This document shows positions 48,801 to 60,460 of a stretch of DNA of 64,000 nucleotides, piece by piece; the first letter of the stretch is position 1, and every line of letters starts with the position of its first letter. The stretch lies in contig NC_068989.1 of NCBI RefSeq assembly GCF_001194135.2, positions 1,039,846 to 1,103,845 of the forward strand. Direction: 5' to 3'. The notes under the pieces are model-generated. The model worked only from the letters and a program-made list of their open reading frames with translations, made no database searches and was not told where the DNA came from. Source of the DNA: Octopus bimaculoides (lineage: Eukaryota). A program made the position numbers and the translations under genes.

Positions 48801-51800
48801 AAGTTGTCAGCAGTAGGACTGAACCCAGAACCATGTGGTTGGGAAGCAAACTTCTTACCACACAGCCAACTGATAAGGGTTGCGAGTATTTTCTTCTGAG
48901 GGTTTCCGGTGCTCTGACTGTTTATCAATGTTTTTTCCTTGTTTTACTCTCATTAACAGCAAGCATTTACAAAGGCTTTTGTCCAACACTACAGTCGGGT
49001 CTCATTGGTTGTGGTCAAGTCTAAAGACCACTATGCAGTGGCACATCGTGTGGTCCACATCAGTGTTCAGTTGTTCAGCAACGAAACGTTAGCAAGGACC
49101 ATGTGCAAGGACTACAACCTGCTCTACATCCTTGTCTTCAGTCTACGCCACATGGTGGAATCGGTTTTCATGCAGAGTACATTACAGAGTAAGTTCTGTT
49201 TTATTATTTCATTTCATTTTGTAATTTATGAACAATGGTGCCATTACGTATGATTGTTAATGGACCAGTCTCTGATTCCCTGATTGTTTGGTAGTAAAAA
49301 CCACTGGCACAGCATCAGTTACAATGGAGAGTGTTTCTTGTTGATCTGATCAGTGAAACAGCCTGCTCGTGAAATTAACGTGCAAGTGGCTGAGTACTCC
49401 ACAAACACATGTACCCTTAACATAGTTCTCAGGGAGATTCAACGTGACACAGAATGTGACAAGGCTGGCCCCTTTTGAATTACAGGTACTACTCATTTTT
49501 GGCAGCAGCGTTGATTGGAGCAATGTGAAATAAAATGTCTTACTCAGAGACATAACTGTACTGCTGGGAATTGAACTCCTGCCTTCACTGGTTGCAAAAA
49601 GAGGAAGAGAATGTCACCAGCTTTCCAGTTTGCTGCTCTTTTATACAACCTCGTTGATCTGCGTCAGTTAAAGACACAAATACAGTTTTTCACTCAGAAG
49701 ATATTGCTCAACCTAAGGTTGTATTAGAAACCCCTTGTTCAAGATGTTGTGTTGTTAGATTGAACCTGAAACCACGTTGCTAAGCCAACTTGTTCACCAC
49801 ACAGCCATACTAGTGTACTTGTTTTTGTCTGACAATTATTATTTTACATAAAACTGTTTCCATTCTTTTGCACATTCATGCATTTGGACAAAATTCTTGG
49901 CTTCATTTAGTTATGGCTCTTTACATTCAAAGTTTCTATCCCATCAAACTGCACTTTACCTTTCGTCTTTCAATTGTCAATAAAGTACTGTTCAAACACT
50001 GCAATCAATGTAAATTGATTGTTCTGCTTGTATCTTTTTTCTTTTTTACCCCTGTTTACTAAAATTATAAAGTTTTCTTTCATCTTTCAGACAATTTCAA
50101 CAACTACCATAATGTTGTCGACTGTGATTCTAAAGCCATGAAAGATCATTGTTATTGGCCGATTGTTAGTGATTTGATCAACTTGTTGTCTCATCATACC
50201 ATTGCCTTGCAATTTATGGAAAATGTCAACTTGGTTAACACATGGCTTTGCTTGCTTGTTTATTTCCAAGGTAAACACTTTTCTTGTGTTATGCGATTTG
50301 TGTGTGTGTGTGTGTTAGTATTTTTTACCAATAGAGTGTTGGGGAGAGATCTTGTTTAATGAAAATAGAAGTGGTTTCTAATTAATCTATTGATTGACTT
50401 ACAAAAATGAGACTAAAGCTAATCGGATATCTTCTATACGTATCCAGTGAGTGATGTGTGCATAAGTTTTTTCTTTCTTTTAATTAGAACATTCTTTATC
50501 TCATCATCATCATCCTCATCATCATTTAACATCTGCTCTCCATGCTGGCATGGGTTAGGTGGTTTGACTGGAGCTGATGAACTTGCACCAGGTTCCAGTC
50601 TGATTTGGCATGATTTCTACAGCTGGATGCCTTTTCTAATGCCAACCACTCCAGTATAAAAGTTACAGTGGCATATACAAAGTAATGATTTTTATCGATT
50701 GTATTAAAAATACATTTTTGATATCAACTGATTCATAGTGGAACTTTTAAGAGACATTCTTGGAGTTGTATCAAATTACTTCTTTGATACTAACAAATAA
50801 GGAGTTACCATTCCAAATCTGTTATTTTGCTTTCTAATTTTTTTTCCTCCTAGGTTGTAATTTAAATGAACGAGAACTTACTCAGCATGTTGAATTTGAG
50901 CCAGATACGTATTATGCTGCATTTTCTGCTGAACTTGAAATCTCGGCATCTCCAATGTCGTATTTGATCTCTCATTGTAAGGACAGTGTAAGTATTTCAG
51001 TTTGGCTTCACTTTGTTGCATTTTCTGTTAAACGTTTGTTTCTCTAAATGAAATTTATAACACTTCTTGTTAATTGATTTCTGTTAGGAAGCAAACTTCT
51101 TAGTCACACGGCCAGGTGTAATATCAGGAAGAAGAAAACTTTTTAATATTATTTTTTCATTCTCTTAAAATCATAACTTTTGATTTTTTTGTTTGTTTTG
51201 TTTTCACCTTGCAATTTGGCTAGCAAGTTCTGTCTCCAGCAAAGCATGATGCAATATTTTTAGCTACATTATTTACATTTGACGGATATTTGTCCTCATC
51301 TTGTTTGTTTTTAACACAACATTTCAGCTGATATACCCTCCAGCCTTCATCATGTGTCTTGGGGGAATTTCGAACCTGGGTTCCCATTCCTAAGGTATTT
51401 TTTGATGTTATTATTATTCAAGTCACTGCCTGGAATTGAACTCGGAATCTTGGGGTTAGTAGCCTGCACTCTTAACCACTACACAATATGCCCACGGGCA
51501 TATAATAACATTGAAAAATACCTTAGGAATGAGAACCCAGGTTCGAAATTTCCCCAAGACACCTGATGAAGGCTGGAGGGTATATCAGCCGAAACATTGT
51601 GTTAACAACAAACAAGATGAGGACAAATATCCATCAAATGTAAATAACGTAAATAATGTAAATAATTCCTCATTAGTTCTAGCTATATTCATAGAAACCA
51701 GAAACAAATGATGACCTAAAAGATCATGTATGTCTGTGAAATAGAAAGAAGGGATTCTGTTTTGGGCAGGGAGGAAAGAATATTAAATTTGCATCTCTTG

Positions 51801-54800
51801 CATTGGGCATTCATAATTCATATCCATGGTATATTTGGTTGGATACTAAATTCTACATGCCTTCCTTCATCCTATTGGTTGCAAGTCATGTTTCTGCTTT
51901 TTTTTCTAAAAACAATTTCGTTTTCAACCTCTTGCTGAGATATATAAACCTAATTCAAAAATGTCAAAATTCTAACATAAATCTTTGGCTTTGCCATTAT
52001 GGATTTATCTTTTACATATTGTTTCCTATTTATTCTATTAATTGTTAAATACCAAATAGTCTTGTAAACGTCCTTGTTTTATCATTTCGTCTTATTTTTC
52101 TCTGTTTTACTCATGAATTCACCAAGAGTATTATTTTTTTTTTTGTTTCAATAATTTTTACTTTTGTACAAGAATTTGTAACAATACATTACAGCTCTGT
52201 TATCGTGAACAATAAACTTTACAATTAACAATTAATTACACCATAAACTTTGTCTCGTTATAGAAAACTGCCCATTGTACAAAAGCAATAGTCGCTGCTT
52301 GTCTGGAAACTCTTGAAGATTGGTTTGAGTCGATTAATTTTGATGCAAATAAAGGCGACAAGGTGAGGCTCTTAATTGTTTTATCTTTTCTCAGTTAATT
52401 AAATGTATTTCTGTAGAATTGACATTATTTGTGAGATGCTCTGTTGTCCCCTTTTTATGTCCCCTTTTCTGAACTCTTATTTTTAAAATGCATTTTGTGT
52501 TGTTTTGATTTGTTTGTGTTCATCTCACTCTGTTTGTGTCTTTTATTTCAACTGTGGCTTACACATTGAACACATCTACTTTTCACATATTTGGGGTTGC
52601 TCTCTTTCCTTGCATATAGGTATGTGTATATATATGTGTATATATATTTATATGTGCATAATGTGTATGTGTGTTTGAAGAGAAACCCATTCAACACAAT
52701 GGCAACCTTTTACACAATGATAGTCTAAACTTCCTTGTTCTTATATATATATGGTGCCCCAGCATGGCCATGACCTTAGGGCTAAAATATATAAAAGAAT
52801 ATATATATGTACAGTGTGTGTGTTTGAAGAGAAAGTCATTCAACTCAATGGCAACCTTTTACTCATTGCTAGTCTGGACTTCCTTGTCCCCTGTTGGGCC
52901 CTGTCTTGTCTTTGTCTTACCTGCTGCTTACAACAGTCATTTTCTGTTCTTTGCAACACATAAACTCTATCCCAATCTATCTAAGCTTACTCAATTCATC
53001 TGTCTCTCATCTTAACTAAACCTTCAGCATGTCTCTCGCCTCAAACATTTACTATTAAGAGGTCTTTCAGTTCTTCATTCCTTCAAGAGCGTTCGTCTGG
53101 AAATTCTTTTATTTGCAAATTTTCTTGCAACCATTAACTCCAACTGATCAAGTTGAATATTAACGATACTTCTTCAGTTTTCCTCATTTCAAAAAGGACC
53201 AAACAGATAATAGCAAATGTTCATCTGCCTCTGGTTATGAAAATGGAGTGGGGTACTAAGATGATTCTTTCAAAAATGTTTGACTTAATTAAAGCTCAAA
53301 GTAATTGTCAATTGTATTGTTTATTTAATAACAGGCTGTAGTTATGGAAAGTTTGTCTTTGAAGTCATACCGGAACTTGTGTTGTTAAGTATTGTCCATA
53401 ATATTTGTGAATGTAACTTTACTGAAGTAAGTTATTCTATCTGTAATACGAATGCAATTAATTTCAGATTGATTTTTGTAGAATTCTAACTTTAATGAAC
53501 ATTAAAAACTATTTCGAAGAACTTGTGAGCCAATTCCCCCAGAAAATAACAAATGACCTAACAATTTGTTTTTGTGAAGTCTTTGATGTAAATTAGAACT
53601 GGTGATGGTGTCACATAAAAAGCACCCAGCACACTCTGTGAAGTGATTGGTGTTAGGAAGGGCGTCCAGCTGTAGAAACCATACCACAACAGACTCTGGA
53701 ACTGGATTTTCCAATTCCTATTGAGCCATCCAACCCATACCAGCATGGAAAATGGATGTTAAGTGTTGTTGAGGGTGTACTTAGAGAAAATTGTTTAAAA
53801 TGGCAAAAATTTAGTGAATGTCATTTTCCTTTGCTTTGGAATGAAATAACATATTACCTGAAGTATATTTTAATAAATTACTGTGAAAATTGAACATTTA
53901 AAACAAATTTATTGAATATTTTGATGGGAGATTAATAAGAACATTGAAGAAATGTTATTTTTATTTTCTTCAGACAAGTTACCTGCAGCTGGCTTTCCAC
54001 TTGCCTCTTCATCGTTATCTAGCTGTGTTCTTGGCTTATGCTGTCCAACATCAAGCTGTACCTATCACACAAATGTTACCTTTCTATTCGAAGCTGAAGA
54101 ACTTGTTGATGTTTCCACTGCGTATTCAGGTAGGAGTAATGCCAGTTTAATAAAGTTTGTCCAAAGATTGCTGACCCCCAGCACTTTCCTATCACACTCG
54201 GTTGACCATTATCATCACCATCAACACTACAAAAATGCATCGAAAGGGTACGCGCACACACACACACACACACACACACCTGTTGTGTGTGCATTCTTGT
54301 ATAACACTCATATTTTTATTTCTAGGCTGGAATTGCTGAAATCAATGCTAATTTATGGCTAAGAAACGGTCTGCAGATCAAAGGACAGGCGATGACATAT
54401 GTCCAGTGCCATTTCTGCTATTCTATGTTAGATGCTGATCTTTACCTGATACAGGTGAGTGTTGATGACATTGCTGTTTCTTTCTCATTCTAAATTTTTG
54501 AATTCCTTCAATAATCATTGTGCTCTACCTTTATTTCTTACCTCTTGAATTTTGCAAATTTTCCCTACCTGTGTTGAATATATAATCTACTTTTCTCTAA
54601 CTCTTTTAAAATATATTTTACCTAAACAAATGCAATATAAATACTGAGCTGTATTTTGACAGCTGGGTGTCGGTCCACCTGCCGATTGAAGCAGGGCTGG
54701 TGCCAGTGTTTGTCAGACGAATAAGTCATAGTTGATATCTCGTATCTTACCCGTATATCGCCATCAACATAAGTGCATGGTTTGAATTTATAATCTTGCA

Positions 54801-57800
54801 GAATAGAAATTCAATACTTGCACTAATGTTTTTAATTTTCTAACATAAAAAAGCATCCATGCTGGTACTGTTTAAAAAGCTCCTGTGCTGGTGCCACTTA
54901 AAAAGCACCCAGTGCCCCTCTATAAAGAGGTTGGTGTTAGGAAGGGCATCCAGCCATAGAGACCATGTCAAAACAGACAACTGGTGCCTGGCACAGCTCT
55001 CCAGCCTTGCCAGCTCCTGTCAAGCCGTCCAACCCATGCCAGCATGGAAAATAGACATTAAATGATGATGATGATGATGGTAACTCTATTATTGTATAGT
55101 TGGTTGTACAAGTAGTATGAGGTACTAAACTACTGACTTATATAGACAAGTATTCAAACTTTACGAAACATTTGACTGAGGCACATTCTCCAATTTCCCT
55201 CAGCTGCTTGGATAAATAAGGAGGTGAACATTTTCTCCAAGTTATTACCATAGCATCCAGCTTTTTTTAATAAGTAATTGTTCTGTTTTGGTCCAACTTT
55301 CACAAAAGCAGACCAACACTGTTCACTTAAAATAGATGCAAAAAATGTATTCTGCTAATTGCCAAATCACTCAGGTTGTGTTATTTCAATTATTATTATT
55401 TTTTGCCACTTCAGGTATGTGCAGCCCATCTCCCACCTAACGAGTTTGTGAGAATTGTTATTGAGAGGTAAGCCAGTTAAAAATCTGTTTTCAAATTCCA
55501 CTCTTTTTGATTTAATTAATAATGTTTGTACCTTGTTAGATACTTTGCGACAGTTTTGTTGTGGACAGGCTGATCTAACTATTTTATTGTGTTTCTGAAC
55601 AAAGTAGGAACGAATGGAACCAAAGTAGAGAGAACTGCTTAGTCTTTCCAATATTCCTTGAGAACATGTCTGGCCACAGAGAAATATTACTTTGTTTGGA
55701 AGCAGACAAGAGTTGGCAACAGGAAGGGCATCCAGCCATAGAAAATCTGCTTCAACAAATTCTGTCTGATCAATAGAAGCATGGAAGAAGTGGATGGATA
55801 ATGATGAGGATGATGAGACTTATTTAGTGCTTATTACCTCAGTCTGTCTGGCTGATAACTGGTTTCATTCCTCCTTCACAGTTGACTGATTAATATTAAG
55901 ATGGGTACTCAGTCATAAATGATGTATTCCAACAATGTTCAGTCTGAAAATATTGACATTTTTAAATCCACATCAAGGCTATTGGAAAGTGTAGGTAAAA
56001 TAATTATCAAAAATTGATGAGTGATTAGTTGCAGATGCTTTATTTTTTTTAATCATTCTATTCATTTTGTATAAAGATAAAAAGAAATTGCTTAAGCTTT
56101 TAGATGTCTAGATAACATCTTTAGGTATGGCTACTTTTGAATCTAGCGTCATGTTTAATCTGTTTGTCATTTTCAGCTTTCATCTTACAAACTGGCTCTT
56201 GTTATGCCCTAAACCAATCAAAATTGGTTGTGTATTGGAATCCGAACAAGAACTGGCATTAGTGGAGAGTGCCTTATCTTTCCTAGCTATGTTGCAGTCC
56301 GTACGCACCTATCTGGGTAAGTTTAAACTTTATTCACTCAAACCCATCATCTTTTTTAAATACAGGTTCTGTTCCCAATAGCCTCACATCAACCGACATT
56401 TTGTCAGAGAAAATTGGTTGGTAGAAGCTATGTGGAAACTTAGTGTATATTTGTGTGTGTGTATTGTAGTGAAGGCGCATGGCTCAGTGGTATGAAGTGT
56501 TTGATTCCCAGAGCGGGCTGTGTGTTGTGTCCTTGAGCAAGACACTTTATTTCACGTTGCTCCAGTTCACTCAGCTCGAGAAATGAGTTTTGATGTCACT
56601 GGTGCCAAGCTGTATCATCCTTTGTCTTTTCCTTGGGCAGCGTTGGTAAGCCAGGAGAGGGGAGACTGCTGGTATGCATGGGCGACTGCTGGTCTTCCAC
56701 AAATAACCTTGCCTGAATTTGTGATGTAAAATAAATAGCTTTGCATATTCTCAAAAACTGTTTTTGCAAATATATATTTTTGGAGCTGACCATCAATCAA
56801 TCATACAGAAAGAGATGGCACCACGTCAAAAGCACCTGTGCCAGTGCCACATAGAAAGCACCCAGTACACTCTGTAAAGTGGCTGGTGTTAGGAAGGGCG
56901 TCTGGCCAGAGAAACCTTGTCAAACAAACTATGGAACCTGGTGCAGCTCCTGTCTAACTGTCCAACCCATGCCAGCATGGAAAACGGATGTTAAATGATA
57001 ATGATGATGGGAGTAGGCATATACATGTGTGAGTGTGTGTATTAATCTAAACAAATGCTATAAATATTAATTTCTTTTTCTGTTAATTGTCAAAGCTGTT
57101 TGTAAATGTTTGTGTTTCATCAAAAGGTCTCAGTGAGAAGGAGTTAGTCCGTGTTGAGATGGTGGCTTTACTTTGTGTGAATGACCGCACACACAGCCAA
57201 TTGATGGATTCAATGCCTGAGAAGTCAGGATTAGCTGTTCATGAGAAATATTACTTTGAGTCTACCTTGAAAACAGTAAGTCATTTTTTTCCCTATGTCC
57301 ATTTACCATATTTGATGGCATAAAAGAAGACACACACAGTCTATTGAACACATCCCAGCACATTTCCAGCTACAAAAGGTTTCCAGGGTATTAAAATATC
57401 GAATATCGAACCCTTCGTTCAGATTATTCTTTGAAATCTGACGTTTATTTATTCTCCTTAATTTCAATGAATCCGGCATTATCTCAAAGCTTCAAGATCT
57501 TGATGTGATTATTTATTTTTCAGAATGACATTGTAGGGTAGGTATGAAAGGCCAGATTAGACCAGTTTGAATATAAAACATGGAGAATTTTTGGGCTGGA
57601 TATGACCAGTTTAAATGCTAAAGGGTTAATAAAACTTCACATATAGGACCCAGGGTGATTTTTTTTTTCGTTTTTTTTTTCAAAGACATTTTTAGCGAGG
57701 CAAAAGTGTATCTAATATGCCATCATTTACAAAGATTTGCTCTTAAATCTGTTCCTTAATCCACTCTAAAATGTTTCCAGTTGTAATATTGTAGTCTATA

Positions 57801-60313
57801 TTCTGTTGTAGGTGGCAGATTACAAAGCACCAGTTCTTGAATCTGGAGGAGGTTTACAGCAAGGAACCTATGTGCCAAAAGGTACGGAGGGTGTTTTCTT
57901 GGGTGCTGGTGTATATTTCATCTTCTGTAATGTACGACTGGGTGGTCAGAAGTTCAAACCTTACTGTGGAAAATGTAATTTTATTCATCATGGTTGTCTG
58001 ATGGGATGTAATGAATTGTGTCAGTGAGGGAACCTCTACATCGTTTTCAACTTGCTAGAAGTAAAAGCTGAATCTCCCTCAAATCACACTCTACTGTATT
58101 TCATAAGAACACATTGTACATTATAGTCCTAAATACACTATGCTGCTTGTGAAAATAACTGAGATCATCTTGGTGAAGGTGTTATAAAACTGTGATGTTT
58201 CTCTTTCTGCAGGTTTTCTCTGGGATCAAGAATTTGACCCTATCCAAGTGTCAACTCGAGCTGTCTACAAAAGAGACATTCAATCTGCCATGGACCGGTA
58301 CCATGCCTAGTAAGGAAATGTTCTGATAGTCTTTGACATAATTCCTTTGTTACTTCTTCAGGAATACTAAGATTCTCTTGTCTGTTGTACACTTCCTTTT
58401 AAATGCTTTATTTTCTAATTATCATCAGGTGTCACATTTCTATGTATATTTATGGACATATATGTGTGTGAATTTTATGGGCAAATTAAATCAAAAATCA
58501 GTTTAAGGTATAAATATGTGCATTTATGCATCACCATCATCAGTTAACATCCGTTTTCCATGCTGGCATGGTTGGATGGTCTGCATCAGCATGGTCTTTA
58601 CAACTGAATGCCCTCCTAACGCCAGCCATATTACAGAGTATACTGGATGCTTTTTACGTGGCATCAGCCCTGGTAAAGTCACCAAGACAAAAAAAACCCC
58701 TTAAACTGGTGACTTTCTGCCAGGTGATTAGAAGTTAAACTATGATGGAGGGACAGAAAGAGTCTGCTGTAGAAGAGATACAGCAGACACTTGTATCATC
58801 GTCAGGATATGTCATGTTTCTGCGAATTGACCAACTTAGTACAAGAACAAGCTTCATTAACCGGGATTAAATGAAGATCCAACTCAATTTTCCTGATGAA
58901 ATATGACAATAAAATGATGAGTTATTAAACTGCACAGGAATTCAAGTCTTCCTCATTTATCTCCCCTTGGTTACAGTTCAGAGCCATCAATTTACTTTAA
59001 TCATTTATTGTTTTGTCTTTCATCCCAGTCATTAGTCTTCAGCGAATCTGGGTCACTGCCCTTTAGTGGACCCCAGTACTTACTTTTTTTTCGAAGCCTG
59101 GTAGTTTATTCTATCTATCTCTTTTGCCAAACCACTAAGTTATGGGGGCGTAAATATACCGACACCGGTTACCCAGTGGTGGTTGGGGGACAAACACACA
59201 CACACACTCACACATTATGATGGGCTTCTTTCAGTTTCCATCTGCCAAATCTACTCACAAGGCTATAATTGAAGACATCTACCTTGCTGCCACACCATAT
59301 GAACCCAGAACCATGCTTCTCACCACACAACCACAGCTCTGCTTATTTCGTTCTATATTTCTGTCTTTGTATTTGCTGATGAATTTTAAAAATTAGCTCT
59401 GAAGTCTTGATTATAATAAATGTGTGTGTGTGTGTGTATGTGTGTGTGTGTGCATATGTACATACACACCATTTTCTTTTTATTGTTAGAGTTGACTGAT
59501 CTGTTATTGATGATTGCCTCATCAGTATGACATTTGAGATAATTGAACTGCACAGTCCGTTGGTGGTAATTAACAGATTCCACCTTATTTTCTATCTTCT
59601 CTACTGTATACACCTATAAATGTTACGATTTTTATTTAATTTATTGAAGTTGTGCTTTTTTCAATAGAATTTTCTCTTTTGTTTTTCCCCAGTCTTAAGC
59701 AAACTGGGAAATACACAGGTAAAAGCCCCCCATGGCCACCGATAAAGATTCCTGGTAAGATTCTGCCAGCTTATGATGGTCTCAGAAGAATGTTACATTG
59801 CAGAACACTGCATGGTTTTATCTTCTCTGTTTTGTACAAGGTAATTCACTTTATGTCCACTAATGTTATATAATATGCCTATAACGAATTGTTGTAATAT
59901 ATGTAACATATGGTATAATTATACACAGAGCAAATTTTAACCATTTCAAAAGACATTATGTATTTTGTTGTTCTCTGTAAACTTCCGTCTGTTTTACAGT
60001 TTTCAAAATAACTGGAATTTCCACCGTTGTTGCTCATATATGCTGTGTAACTGGGGTGTAACATGGGTATGTTTGTTCTCTTTCTTATTTGCTGCATTTA
60101 AAACTCTGCTAAACGTCTGTCTGTTTGCAGGCTATGAAGGAGACCCATATCTCTGAGACTATTCTCTACTTTTGTGTCTTCCTCTTGGAACTGGGCACCA
60201 GATTTCCTGCTACTGAAATTCAGGTTTGTCCTCACATTTGATTTGGTCATTTATTTCTCTTCTTCTTCAGTTTGCTATTTTAATAGACTCAATATTTTTA
60301 AAGTCATACATCA

Positions 60314-60376
<63 letters not shown>

Positions 60377-60428
60377 CCATCACCATCACCATCACCATCA
60401 TCACCATCATCATCACCATCATCATCAC

Positions 60429-60460
<32 letters not shown>

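Larger units (their letters stand above)
51265..51673 (-). mobile_element. Fold-back non-autonomous retroelement: tRNA-like head flanked by two inverted hammerhead-containing arms
   Basis: Left arm ~51265-51415 and right arm ~51500-51650 are reverse complements over ~145 bp. Core 51419-51493 reads on the minus strand GGGCATATTGTGTAGTGGTTAAGAGTGCAGGCTACTAACCCCAAGATTCCGAGTTCAATTCCAGGCAGTGAC, with A-box-like and B-box (GTTCAATTC) motifs. Confidence 0.85.

Noticed and set aside
51419-51493. tRNA gene call for the tRNA-like core (and other SINE heads)
   Set aside because: A/B boxes are present but I could not pair an acceptor stem, and the sequence is embedded in a repeated element with decayed copies; treated as a SINE head.
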